In this document: positions 40,695 to 50,404 of the stretch, in pieces
How the letters are laid out: every line of letters starts with the position of its first letter
How positions within the stretch are numbered: position 1 is the first letter of the stretch
From: Aquamicrobium sp.
Lineage (GTDB): Bacteria; Pseudomonadota; Alphaproteobacteria; Rhizobiales; Rhizobiaceae
DNA length: 64,000 nucleotides
Direction: 5' to 3'
NCBI RefSeq assembly: GCF_023954335.1
Contig: NZ_JAMLIE010000005.1
Span: forward strand, 30,965 to 94,964
The notes under the pieces: generated by a model
Told to the model about the DNA's origin: nothing
The model's database searches: none
The model's input: the letters and a program-made list of their open reading frames with translations, nothing else
Translations under genes and position numbers: made by a program

Positions 40695-41471
40695 TCATCT
40701 GAATTCCGCGCTCACCGCGGTGCTGACGAGATCGACGAACTCTTCGACCAGGAGCTTGCCGATCTCGGCGGTGGCCGGCTTGCCCGACGAGAGGCAGCCG
40801 GAGGCGGGAACCCAGTCCGGCCTGACCGGGAACAGGTCGTAGGGCGGGAAGTCGGGCAGCGCCTCGTCGGGGATCTTCGAGACGTCGACGAGGTCCGGGT
40901 AGCAGTAGAGCATCATCGCGGTCTCGAGGATGCCGCCATGCTCGAGGTCGAGGCCGGGGAAGCTGACGCCGGCATAGGCCTTTTCCATCGTCTCGGGACT
41001 GATGCGCTCGGCATAGAGCATCTTGAGGATGCGCAGGTCGCGAACGCCGCGCGCCTCGAGGTCGCGCTGGGCGCGGTAGCAGGCCTCGTCGAGGAAGAAG
41101 CGGTTCTCGAAATGCCCGTCGATGACGGCGATCTTGCGCGCGCCGTGGCGGCCGAGCTCGCACAGCACATCGTAGGTCATGGCGATCAGCGTCTCGGCGT
41201 TGAGGCTGGTGGTGCCGCAGCGGTGCGGGCCGCCGCCGGTGCGCACCTGCGAGCGCGCCGCATACATCACCGGCGGGGCGACGACGCCGCCGACGCGCTC
41301 GGCGGCGCGGCGCGCCATGTAGGTCGCCATCATCCAGTCGGTTCCCAGCGGCAGGTGATAGCCGTGCTGCTCGACCGCGCCGACCGGGACGAAGACGATG
41401 GCGTCCTCCTCGGCGATGCGGCGCTGGTACTCGTTCCACGGGATTTCCGACATCATGACGCTGGCGGACAT
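40695..41471 (-). CDS. Creatininase-family cyclic amidohydrolase
   Basis: PVGAVEQHGYHLPLGTD, DGHFEN, EHGGILET; AAGGAG RBS before ATG 41471. Confidence 0.9.
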   Translation of the reverse strand: MSASVMMSEIPWNEYQRRIAEEDAIVFVPVGAVEQHGYHLPLGTDWMMATYMARRAAERVGGVVAPPVMYAARSQVRTGGGPHRCGTTSLNAETLIAMTYDVLCELGRHGARKIAVIDGHFENRFFLDEACYRAQRDLEARGVRDLRILKMLYAERISPETMEKAYAGVSFPGLDLEHGGILETAMMLYCYPDLVDVSKIPDEALPDFPPYDLFPVRPDWVPASGCLSSGKPATAEIGKLLVEEFVDLVSTAVSAEFR

Positions 41472-41482
41472 TGCGCTCTCCT

Positions 41483-42304
41483 TCACGAACGGGCGGCGCG
41501 GGCGTCGAGCGCCGCCACCGCTTTCTGGTGATCCTCGATGGCGAGGTCGAAAATGCGCCCGTACCCGCCGACCCGGTCGGGAAGGCCGGCAAGGCGCAGG
41601 CAGTCCCATACCATCGCCTGGTTGCTGGCGATGACGGGCTTGCCCAGCTCGTCCTCTATTTCCTGGATCACGTCCACCGCGCGCAACGCGCCGCAGCAGA
41701 TGACCACCGCGTCCGCGTCGGGCCTGTCGACGGAGCGGGCATAGGATTTGATGAAGGCCGGGTCGACGAGGTCGATGTCGGTGTTGGACCTCAAGTTCAT
41801 GCCCTGGAACTCGACGATCTCGAAGCCGGCATTGCCGAGGAAGCGGTGAACGACCGTGTTGATCTCGTCGATATAGGGCGTGGCGACCGCGATCCTGCGC
41901 GCGCCGAGCGCCTCGACGGCCCGCACGACGCCGGTGATGACGGTGGTGGGCGCGGCCGCCGCGTGCGCATCGCGCAGCATGCGCATGCATTCCTTCTCGC
42001 CGATGACCATCGCCCCGCTGTTGCAGGTGTAGCAGAGCACGTCCGGCTTGTCGTAGGGCAGGAGAAGCCGCGCCGTGTCGCCGATGGCCGGCGCCATCGT
42101 CACCAGCGTCTCGAGCGTGGCGTCGTTCGACATGGCGATGCGGGCGAAATGGATGCCGACCCCGTCGGGCACCATGCGGAACACGTCGCCCTCGACGGTC
42201 TGCTCCATGGCGAGGACGACGAAGCCGAGCTTCGCGCGCCAGTGGCGGCCCCGGTCGAAGCTGACCTCGACAGGGCGTGACCGGACTTGCCCGGCTTGGT
42301 TCAT
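41483..42304 (-). CDS. Asp/Glu/hydantoin racemase - maleate isomerase family (EutA-like)
   Basis: LGFVVLAMEQTVE, YTCNSG and CCGALR (two cysteines), ATPY, SNQAMVW. Confidence 0.85.
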   Translation of the reverse strand: MNQAGQVRSRPVEVSFDRGRHWRAKLGFVVLAMEQTVEGDVFRMVPDGVGIHFARIAMSNDATLETLVTMAPAIGDTARLLLPYDKPDVLCYTCNSGAMVIGEKECMRMLRDAHAAAAPTTVITGVVRAVEALGARRIAVATPYIDEINTVVHRFLGNAGFEIVEFQGMNLRSNTDIDLVDPAFIKSYARSVDRPDADAVVICCGALRAVDVIQEIEDELGKPVIASNQAMVWDCLRLAGLPDRVGGYGRIFDLAIEDHQKAVAALDARAARS

Positions 42305-42373
42305 CGTCTTCCTCCCAGACTGTCGCCCGTCGCGTCCTCGCGCGGCGGGCGGGAATGCGGCTTGCCCCGTTCG

Positions 42374-43384
42374 TCAGTTGCGGATCAGGGGCTGGTGAGC
42401 GCAGCGGAACGAGCCTCCCGCCATGCTCGGCACCCGGTACGGAATGCGGATCACCTCGAACGTGCGGGCGGTGAGCGCCTGCGCGATCGGGTCGAGCGCC
42501 TCCTCGGCCGCGACCACCACGGTCCTGTCGTCGAGGACGAGGTTGTTGCAGGCCATGTGCGCCTTGGCCAGCGCCTTCGGCACGGGGACGACGTCCCAGT
42601 CGCGCATGAAGCCGGGCAAGCCCTCGGGCAGCGCCTCGACGCAGGCCACGGCGACGCCCTCGCGCGGGGTCATCAGCACGCAGTCGAGATGCGGGAACAT
42701 CGGGTCGATCTTGACCGTGCGGACGCGATAGTCGCCGCCGAGCGCATGCTGGAGCCAGCGCGCGCCCTCGGGATTGCTGCACCCGCCCGAATTGCCGACG
42801 AGGACGTCGCGGCCGAGCACGAAGACGTCGCCGCCCTCGAGATAGCCCCAGCCCGGCGCGTCGACGTAATCGTCGGCGCCGCTGTCCGGCTGGGCGAAAT
42901 AGCGCGCGCCGCGCTCCATGGTCGCGGCGAGGATGTGGCGGACGGAAAAGCGCTGGCGGCGATGGAAGAGCGAGCGCGGCGCAAGCTCGATCACGTTGTT
43001 GCCGATGGTGGCGAAGGGGTCGCGCAGCCACGGGGTGACGACGCCGTGGTCCTCGCCGCGCGGGAATTTCCGGTTCTGCGCGCTGATCTTGCCGGCGACA
43101 TGGACACGCACGCCGAGGCTTTCGAGCAGCGCGATCGCGCCGCGGATCTGGCCGCTCATCTCGGCGAACAGCTCCGGCCATGCGTCCTTGAGGTCGCGGC
43201 CCTGGTTCTTCGCCCAGAATTGGCCGAACTCGCCCTGCGCGCGCAGCTTGCTGTCGTCGAGGAACACCGGCAGGACGAAGGTGTCGGGCGAGCCGTAGAC
43301 GCACTCCCTCAGGGTCGCCCATTCCGATTCGACGCAGATCGGCGCGTCATGCGCTGCGAGCGGCGGCCACGCGGCTTCGCCCAT
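42374..43384 (-). CDS. Pentein amidinotransferase-like enzyme, copy 2
   Basis: ESEWATLRECVYG, WLRDP, EGGD, PHLDC, GGSFRC; clear paralog of 34997-35992. Confidence 0.88.
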   Translation of the reverse strand: MGEAAWPPLAAHDAPICVESEWATLRECVYGSPDTFVLPVFLDDSKLRAQGEFGQFWAKNQGRDLKDAWPELFAEMSGQIRGAIALLESLGVRVHVAGKISAQNRKFPRGEDHGVVTPWLRDPFATIGNNVIELAPRSLFHRRQRFSVRHILAATMERGARYFAQPDSGADDYVDAPGWGYLEGGDVFVLGRDVLVGNSGGCSNPEGARWLQHALGGDYRVRTVKIDPMFPHLDCVLMTPREGVAVACVEALPEGLPGFMRDWDVVPVPKALAKAHMACNNLVLDDRTVVVAAEEALDPIAQALTARTFEVIRIPYRVPSMAGGSFRCAHQPLIRN

Positions 43385-43522
43385 AAAGGTCTCCTTCCCG
43401 GCTTGACGGACCGGCGGGATGTTAGCCAGCGCCACGAAGGGCAACAGAACAAATCTTGCAATCACATTTGCGCAAACGGGAAAGCTAGGGCCGCCGGCCG
43501 GAACCGCCGGGCCGGAAGCCGG

Positions 43523-44431
43523 TCAGGTCTTGCGCAGCCGCGTCAGCAGGGCGCTGATCACCCGCTTGTCGGCGGCGTCGCGCCGGTAGACCAGGTGGAA
43601 CTGGGCGATCACCGGCGTGTCGGGGGTGACGATCTCGATCAGGTCGCCCGAGCCGACGCGCTCGACGAAATGCGAGGGAAGCAGCGCGCAGCCCACCCCG
43701 GCCAGCACCGAGGCGAGCACCGATTCCAGCGTGCTGCCGCGCGCCGCGACATGCAGCGGGTACTTGTGCTCGAAGGAGCTGAACACGTCCGTCCGATAGG
43801 CGCGGGAGATGTAGGGCACCGTCGGCGTTTCCGAGCCCCAGCTGCTGCGCACCATGTCGTGCGCCGCCTCCAGATGCGGCGAGTGCCGCGACATGTAGAG
43901 CCGCTGCTCCTCGACGAAGGCGGGCTCGTAGATCAGCGGCTCCAGCTTCTCCGGCTGGCCGGTGATGGCGAAATCGAGCTTGCGCTCGCGCACCTGCACG
44001 TCGATCAGCGAGACGGTGTGGACGCTGACATTGATCAGCATGTCGGGAAAGAGCCGGTGCATCTCGGACAGCGCGTCGACGACGCCGGCCTGCGGATTGG
44101 TGATCACGTTGTCGATGACGCCGAGGCTGAACGTGCCGCCGAGCGTCTGGCGCGTACTCTGGATGCGCTGCTCGAAGGAATGCAGGTCCGACAGGAGCTG
44201 CGTCGCGGCGCTGTGGACGTCCTCGCCCTGCGGCGTCAGCGCAAAGCCCGAGCGGCCGCGCCGGCACAGCTCGATCCCCAGCCGCGTCTCCAGCGCGGAA
44301 AGATCGCGGCTGACGCTCGAAAGGCTCGACCCGGTGCGGTAGGCGGCGGCCGAGACGCCGCCATATTCGACCACGGCGAGGAACGTCCGCAATTGCTTGA
44401 TGTCGAAATTCGAGACGGCGAAACGGCTCAT
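43523..44431 (-). CDS. LysR-family regulator
   Basis: FDIKQLRTF...LSALETRLG.ELC.RGRSGF.LT..G. Start is ATG 44431 or GTG 44443. Confidence 0.88.
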   Translation of the reverse strand: MSRFAVSNFDIKQLRTFLAVVEYGGVSAAAYRTGSSLSSVSRDLSALETRLGIELCRRGRSGFALTPQGEDVHSAATQLLSDLHSFEQRIQSTRQTLGGTFSLGVIDNVITNPQAGVVDALSEMHRLFPDMLINVSVHTVSLIDVQVRERKLDFAITGQPEKLEPLIYEPAFVEEQRLYMSRHSPHLEAAHDMVRSSWGSETPTVPYISRAYRTDVFSSFEHKYPLHVAARGSTLESVLASVLAGVGCALLPSHFVERVGSGDLIEIVTPDTPVIAQFHLVYRRDAADKRVISALLTRLRKT

Positions 44432-44437
44432 GGCGGC

Positions 44438-44465
44438 GCTCACTTGCGGGAAATTGCAAGTGAGC
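44438..44465. promoter_or_regulatory. Perfect 10-bp inverted repeat upstream of lysR
   Basis: GCTCACTTGC-GGGAAATT-GCAAGTGAGC in the divergent lysR/hydrolase region. Confidence 0.5.
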
Positions 44466-44708
44466 TAAGCATCTTCATCCTTCTTCCGCAACCGGGCCGG
44501 CCCTATCGTCGCGCAGGACGCAGCGGGCGTCGACGCGGCGGGCCTTCTGGGCCATGAATGGCCGCGCCGGCACCGGAAAGGCGCTCCGGCGGGACGGGGC
44601 GGGAGGACGACACTTGCGATTTTCGGCATCTTTTCCACCGGCGACGGCCCTGCCCCGGAACCACTCTGCCCGCTCCATCCTCCCTCCGGCCGGCCGAGGA
44701 TATGCCCG

Positions 44709-45944
44709 ATGAAGAACGACCAGCGCAGGATCCCCATCCACACCGAACGCATGATGAACGACCTCGACACGATGCGCGGCTTCGGGGCCTGCGGCACCGG
44801 CGTCGTGCGCCCGGCCTTCAGCGAGGTCGACATCCGCTCGCGCGGCTGGCTGGTCGAGCGGATGGAGGCCGCCGGCCTCGAGGTCCATGTCGACGAGATC
44901 GGCAACGTCTTCGGCCTCCCGCCCGGCGACGGCCCGTGCTTCCTCGTCGGCTCGCATTCCGACACGCAGCCGGAAGGCGGCTGGCTCGACGGCGTCTACG
45001 GCGTCGTCGCCGGCCTCGAGATCGCGCGCGCCAGCCTTGAGGCCGGCGGGCCGCGCATCGCCTGCGTGTCGTTCCAGGACGAGGAAGGCCGCTTCACGCC
45101 GTTGACCGGCAGCCGGGTGTGGACCGGCCGGCTGGCGCCGGAGACCGCCGACGCCCTCGCCGACAGCGCCGGTGTCACCCTTGCCGAGGCGCGGCGAAAC
45201 CGGGACGGGTTGCCGCCGGCCTCTGCGGTCTCGCCCGACCGGTTCAGCGGCTTTCTCGAGATCCATATCGAGCAGGGGCCGGTGCTCGACATCGCCGGCG
45301 AGCGCATCGGCGTGGTCGAGAGCATCGTCGGCATCCGCAGCCAGCGCATGAGCTTCGTCGGCGAGCAGAATCACGCCGGCACCACGCCGATGGCGATGCG
45401 CCGCGACGCCTTCCAGGCGCTGGTCGCGTTCACGGCCGAGATCGGGCGGCGCTTCGCCGGCATGATCGGGCCGGCGACGGTGTGGACTATCGGCCAGGTG
45501 GCGCTGCACCCCAACGCCACCTCGATCGTGCCCGGCCGCGCCGATTTCTGGCTGCAATGGCGCGACGGCGACGACGCGCTCCTCGACCGGATGCGCGACG
45601 TGATCGACGCGACCGCCGGGGAGGTCGCGCGCGACCGCGGCCTGTCGTGGAGCAAGTCCGACTACTCGCAGATCGCCGCCACGCGCAGCGATCCGGCGCT
45701 GGTCGAGGCCCTCGCCGGCGCGGCAGAGCAGCTGGCCCCCGGCGCATGGAGGCGCATGCCCTCGGGCGCGCTGCACGACGCGGCCAACGCCTCGACGCGC
45801 ATGCCGATGGCGATGCTGTTCCTGCCCTCCATCGGCGGCCGCAGCCACTGCTTCGACGAGGACACGCGCCGCGAGGACCTCGTCCTCGGCGCCGAGGTCC
45901 TCGCCGCCGCCATCGGGACCTTCCTCGCCCCGCCGGCGCGGTGA
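44709..45944 (+). CDS. M20 Zn hydrolase, allantoate amidohydrolase/N-carbamoyl-amino acid hydrolase family
   Basis: GSHSDTQPEGGWLDG, DEEGRF, EIHIEQGP, NHAGTTPM, SGALHDA, SH. Confidence 0.9.
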   Translation: MKNDQRRIPIHTERMMNDLDTMRGFGACGTGVVRPAFSEVDIRSRGWLVERMEAAGLEVHVDEIGNVFGLPPGDGPCFLVGSHSDTQPEGGWLDGVYGVVAGLEIARASLEAGGPRIACVSFQDEEGRFTPLTGSRVWTGRLAPETADALADSAGVTLAEARRNRDGLPPASAVSPDRFSGFLEIHIEQGPVLDIAGERIGVVESIVGIRSQRMSFVGEQNHAGTTPMAMRRDAFQALVAFTAEIGRRFAGMIGPATVWTIGQVALHPNATSIVPGRADFWLQWRDGDDALLDRMRDVIDATAGEVARDRGLSWSKSDYSQIAATRSDPALVEALAGAAEQLAPGAWRRMPSGALHDAANASTRMPMAMLFLPSIGGRSHCFDEDTRREDLVLGAEVLAAAIGTFLAPPAR

Positions 45945-46022
45945 TGGAGGAACGGGAGATCGCCCGGCCGGCCGCCGGGCTGCCCGATCATGTGCCGCTG
46001 CATCTCGACGAGGCCTTCCTCA
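45944..46022 (+). pseudogene. 5' remnant of a gene coupled to the M20 hydrolase
   Basis: TGATG overlap; 26 codons with host-like GC3 (MEEREIARPAAGLPDHVPLHLDEAFL), then codon usage breaks where the antisense gntR end begins. Confidence 0.4.
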
Positions 46023-46694
46023 GTCGGCCATCGTTCTTTCCACGAGCTGTTCCTTGTAGTGCCGCAGGACCGTCGGCAGGCTCACCATGACATGCTCGTG
46101 CATCGTTTGAGCCGCCGCATCGATCTGTCCCGCTTCCAGCTCTTCCGTTATCTGCTCGTGAAACCGCAGGGTCAGATTGTTCGACACGCGGCCGCGAAGC
46201 GCGTTGTGCCTGAGCGGCATCGCTATGGTGTTCAGGTGCAGAAGCGTGGACTTGAGCGGCAGGTTGCCCGAGCAATCCAGGATCGCCATGTGGAACGCGA
46301 TGTTCTGGTTGAGATGCGACCAGGCGTCGTTGTTCTCGATCGCCTCGCGCATGGCCTCGTTGGATTGCTTGAGGCGGGCCACCACGGCGGACAGGTCGCC
46401 GACCGAACGCAGGTGCCTCACCGACATGGCCTCGAGCTCGGCCCGCAGCTCGTAAAGGTCGTGAATCTCGCGCGGGGTCATCTCCCTCACGCGAAAGCCG
46501 CGCCGCGGAAGGTGGACGACCAGACCTTGCATTTCGAGCAGCCGGAGCGCCTCGCGGATAGGGCTGCGGGACGACGAGAACCGCGCCTCGAGCTCCTGCT
46601 CTCCCAGTCTTTCACCCGGCTTGTAGGTGCCGTCCACGATGAGTTCGCGTATCTGCTCCATCATGTGGTACGGAAGGGTCGTTGGCAGGGTCAT
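46020..46694 (-). CDS. GntR/FCD-family regulator
   Basis: YKPGERL.E..L..RF..SRSPIREAL; FCD NIAFH...SGN, FHEQI. Confidence 0.9.
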   Translation of the reverse strand: MTLPTTLPYHMMEQIRELIVDGTYKPGERLGEQELEARFSSSRSPIREALRLLEMQGLVVHLPRRGFRVREMTPREIHDLYELRAELEAMSVRHLRSVGDLSAVVARLKQSNEAMREAIENNDAWSHLNQNIAFHMAILDCSGNLPLKSTLLHLNTIAMPLRHNALRGRVSNNLTLRFHEQITEELEAGQIDAAAQTMHEHVMVSLPTVLRHYKEQLVERTMAD

Positions 46695-46803
46695 CCATCA
46701 ACCTTTTTGCCTGCACGGGGTCCAGTCTGCCGAAGCACTTATCGTATAGCACCGGAGTCGAGAACCCGGCAAAAGGCAGAAAAGGATGTCTTGCGGACGC
46801 GGC

Positions 46804-47385
46804 TCAACGTCCTTTTGCGAAGAACGGCGGCAGATCGCTGGTGAACAGCGCATAATCCGCGCAGAACATGTCCGCATAGTGCAGGATGAATTCTTCGGGA
46901 TGGACGCCCCTGAAAGGCGCGTTCGCCGCATGCGTCGACACGGCGGCCACGATGGCCTCGTCCGCGCCGAGCTCGGCCAGGAGAAGCGCCCCGAGGACGC
47001 CGTGCTGGATCCGGCCATGAACCTCCGACGCGACGATCTCAGTGCCCGTGCGGGTGTAAAGCAGCAGCTTGTCGATGTCGTGGAGAAGCAGGATGGCCAG
47101 AAGCCGGTCCATGTCCACCTTCATGCCCCACATCGCCTCCGCCCGGGCGGCAAGGACGAGACCGGCCTCCGCGACCTCGCCGACATGCTTGACCAGCGGA
47201 TAGGTCGATCCGAGACAGAACGGCGCCTCGGCGAGCCGCGTGTGCGTGGAGGATTTCCACATCGTCGTCCATGCGACGCATACCAGCTCCCCGAGCGCTT
47301 CGGAAAGGTCGGCGATGCGGGGAAGAGCTTCGAGAAGCTCTTCCCTTTCGGCCGCGTCCGGCCGGGCGATGGCGTAGCTCTTCAT
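46804..47385 (-). CDS. Stand-alone HD-domain metalloenzyme
   Basis: KHV, LLHDIDK, HGVLGA, STHA, ILHYAD. Confidence 0.8.
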   Translation of the reverse strand: MKSYAIARPDAAEREELLEALPRIADLSEALGELVCVAWTTMWKSSTHTRLAEAPFCLGSTYPLVKHVGEVAEAGLVLAARAEAMWGMKVDMDRLLAILLLHDIDKLLLYTRTGTEIVASEVHGRIQHGVLGALLLAELGADEAIVAAVSTHAANAPFRGVHPEEFILHYADMFCADYALFTSDLPPFFAKGR

Positions 47386-47394
47386 ACCGGGTCC

Positions 47395-48663
47395 TTACAG
47401 TCCGGGGATCAGTCCGGGCGCGAACAGCGGCACGTAGGTGACGACGACCAGCACCACGAACATGGCCACCAGATACCAGATCATATAGGGCACGGTATCG
47501 CGCATCTTCGTCTTTGTGATGCTGCACACAGCCATCAGCACGGTCGCCACCGGCGGCGTCTGCTGGCCGATCGCCAGGTTGACGCAGGTGACGATGCCGA
47601 AATGCACCGGGTCGATCCCGAACGTGGTCACGATCGGCATCAGGATCGGGATGATGACGATGATCGCCGCAGGCGCCTGCAGGAACATGCCGCAGATCAG
47701 GAGCAGCACGTTTATGAGCAGGAGCAGCATGGCTTGCGAGCTGGCCGCTTCGCCCAGCAGGGCCGCCAGCTTCTGCGGGATCAGCTCGTTGGCGAGGACC
47801 TGTCCCAGTATCGCCGACGCGGCGACGATGAGCAGGACCGCCCCGGTCTGGTGCGTGGTGGCGACGAGCAGCGGATAGAGCTTCCTCAGCGTCATCTCGC
47901 GCATGAAGAAACCGAACAGCAGCGCGACGACCACGCCGATGGCGGCCGCCTCGGTCGGGGTGAATATGCCGCCGATCAGCCCGCCGATGACGACGACCGG
48001 GATCAGCAACGGCACGAACGCGCGCCGGAACGCGGTCTTGAGCAGGGCGCGCGAAAAGGCCAGATCCCGCGGATGATCCTCCTTCACCGCGAAATAATGG
48101 TTGGTGACGATGAACACGAGGCCGAGCGCGATGCCGGGCGCGAACCCCGCCAGGAACAGGTCCCGAATGGAAGTGTTGGTGACGGCGCCGAACAGGACCA
48201 TGGGGATGGAAGGCGGAATGATGATGCCGATGATCGCCGCGGAGGCGGTGACCGAGGCGGAAAAGGGCAGCGGATAGCCCGCGCGCGTCATCTGCGGCAC
48301 GAACACCTTGCTGGTGACGGCCGCATCCGCGACGGCCGAGCCGCTCATTTCCGCCATCAGCATGGACGAGACGACATTCACATGCGCCAGCCCGCCGCGC
48401 ATCCAGCCGACTGTCGCGCGGGCGAGGTCGATCAGCCGTTCCGCGATCGAGGTCGTGCTCATCACCTCGCCCATGAGGATGAAGAGAGGAACGGCCAGGA
48501 TGACGAAGCTGGCGGAACCGCCGAACATGGTGATCGGAAGCGTCGGCATCGCGATGCCGGTCATGGCCATGAAGCCGGCCGCCGAGACCATCATGGCAAA
48601 GGCCACGGGCATGCCGATCGCGATCAGCGCGAACATGGACAGGACGAGGAGAGTGGCTGTCAT
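47395..48663 (-). CDS. TRAP large permease (DctM)
   Basis: LAVPLFILMG, SGSAVAD, IIPPSIP, FTPTEA, GQQTPP. Confidence 0.92.
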   Translation of the reverse strand: MTATLLVLSMFALIAIGMPVAFAMMVSAAGFMAMTGIAMPTLPITMFGGSASFVILAVPLFILMGEVMSTTSIAERLIDLARATVGWMRGGLAHVNVVSSMLMAEMSGSAVADAAVTSKVFVPQMTRAGYPLPFSASVTASAAIIGIIIPPSIPMVLFGAVTNTSIRDLFLAGFAPGIALGLVFIVTNHYFAVKEDHPRDLAFSRALLKTAFRRAFVPLLIPVVVIGGLIGGIFTPTEAAAIGVVVALLFGFFMREMTLRKLYPLLVATTHQTGAVLLIVAASAILGQVLANELIPQKLAALLGEAASSQAMLLLLINVLLLICGMFLQAPAAIIVIIPILMPIVTTFGIDPVHFGIVTCVNLAIGQQTPPVATVLMAVCSITKTKMRDTVPYMIWYLVAMFVVLVVVTYVPLFAPGLIPGL

Positions 48664-49133
48664 GAGGAGGTTCCGGGCTCTTTTCCACGCAGCGCATTGA
48701 GGGCCAGCGCAAGAGACATCAAGGCGAAGGAGATCGGCATTGAGGCCAGGAAGAGGCCGCGCGGAATGTCCAGCGAGCTGATGCGGGCGCCGCCGATCAT
48801 GCTGGTCACCTTCCAGGACTGCCAGGCGACGAAGGCACAGAAAACCGCGAGGAGCGCGGCCACCGCGCGTCCCAGCCAGTGCTGGGCGGTCGGGTTCAGC
48901 ATCCCCACAATCATCGGGAAGTCGAGATGCAGCCCCTTGCGGAAGCAGGGATACCCGCCGAGGAAGGTGATCCACACCAGCAGATAGCTTCCCACCTCGT
49001 CGGTCCAGCCGAGGGAGCTGTTCAGGACGTAGCGGTACCACACCGCGGCAGTCAGGATGACCACCGTGCCGGCCAGGATGGCGGCCAGCACGGCGTCAAC
49101 GATGGTGTCGACGAAATGAATCGCCCGGTTCAT
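48660..49133 (-). CDS. TRAP small permease (DctQ)
   Basis: RYVLNSSLGWTDEV, four TM segments. Confidence 0.9.
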   Translation of the reverse strand: MNRAIHFVDTIVDAVLAAILAGTVVILTAAVWYRYVLNSSLGWTDEVGSYLLVWITFLGGYPCFRKGLHLDFPMIVGMLNPTAQHWLGRAVAALLAVFCAFVAWQSWKVTSMIGGARISSLDIPRGLFLASMPISFALMSLALALNALRGKEPGTSS

Positions 49134-50122
49134 TCCAGGCCGGCCCTGATCGTATCGATCCAGTCGGTGCCGAACTGGCCGATATATTTGTCGTAGGCCG
49201 GGGCTGCCGCTTCCTGGAACTTGGCGAAGTCGACCTCGTTCACCTGGGCCGAGACGCGCATTTCCTCAAGGGCCTTGTTCTCTTCCGCCTCGGCGGCCTC
49301 GAACGTCGCCTGCGTGATCGACTGCCCGACCTCGATGAAGACGCGCTGCTGCTCCTCGGTCAGCTGGCTCCAGAACGCGTTCGAGGCGACGAGGAAGCTA
49401 GGGGCGTAGTTGTGAGAGGTCAGCGAAAGCTTGTTCGCGACCTGATAGAGCTTGGCCTCGTAGAAGCCGTAGATCGCGGCCTCGGCCCCGTCGACGACGC
49501 CCGTCTCCAGCGCGGTGTAGACTTCCGTCCAGTTGATCGGGGTCGGGTTGGCGCCGAGCATGCGGAACACGTCCTGACGCAGCTGCCCGCCGGGCAGCCG
49601 GATCTTCAGCCCCTTCATATCCGCCGGCTCCCTGATCTCGACCGGAGACAGGACGTGGCGGAAGCCGTTCTCATAGACGCCCAGCACCTTGACCTGGGTG
49701 GCGGCCTCGGCGGTCTCGATGATCTCGTCGCGGAAATCCCCGTCGATCACCTTCTGGACGTGCGCGCGGTCGGAGAACAGCCAGGGCAGGTCGAACACGC
49801 CGAGCTTCGGATGCGCCTCGACGACCGGCGTGACGATGTTGGCGAGCTCGAGGGAGCCGAGCTGGAGCAGCTCCAGCGTCGTCTGCTCGTTCCCGAGCTG
49901 ACCGAACGGAAAGAAGCGGAACTCGAACTGGCCCGGCAGCGCTTCCTCGATCGCCTTGACGAAGAGCTGCGACTGCTGCGCCTGCGGCGAGATTTCCGAT
50001 GTGACGTAGGCGACGCGGACGACCTTCTGGGCCTGGGCCGGCGCCGCCCATGCGACGACGGCGAGGCCGGCAACCGCCAGCGCACCGGCGCGGATAACCT
50101 TCATCATGCGTATGTCTCCCAT
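49130..50122 (-). CDS. TRAP substrate-binding protein (DctP)
   Basis: GQLGNE, DLPWLF, NGFRH, GLKIR, EVYTALETGVVDGAE. Confidence 0.92.
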   Translation of the reverse strand: MGDIRMMKVIRAGALAVAGLAVVAWAAPAQAQKVVRVAYVTSEISPQAQQSQLFVKAIEEALPGQFEFRFFPFGQLGNEQTTLELLQLGSLELANIVTPVVEAHPKLGVFDLPWLFSDRAHVQKVIDGDFRDEIIETAEAATQVKVLGVYENGFRHVLSPVEIREPADMKGLKIRLPGGQLRQDVFRMLGANPTPINWTEVYTALETGVVDGAEAAIYGFYEAKLYQVANKLSLTSHNYAPSFLVASNAFWSQLTEEQQRVFIEVGQSITQATFEAAEAEENKALEEMRVSAQVNEVDFAKFQEAAAPAYDKYIGQFGTDWIDTIRAGLE

Positions 50123-50404
50123 TGCAGTGTTTACGATTTAATCGACAAAATTTTGCCGAGTGAAGGACGCTTGTCAAGCGCCATTGATCGGATCGAACGG
50201 ACGAACGCACAAGGGGCATATTGCGGATGCGATTAATTTCATATGCCTATATGATTGAAAAATATTGATAATTTTCCTTCTAAAAATCGCCGCCTTACGC
50301 ATGTTGCCCGGCGATAAAGCACGGCGTACCGCTAAATTCAGCCCCTTGCGCTGTTGACACTCAGACGCTGTTTTGTATTTTGTATCGAAAAATTTGAGAG
50401 TGCC

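Noticed and set aside
40695-43322. 875-aa ORF that looks like a fusion ending in creatininase
   Set aside because: Only the last 258 aa are real. There is an RBS and ATG at 41471, and the upstream part overlaps the racemase and pentein in other frames.
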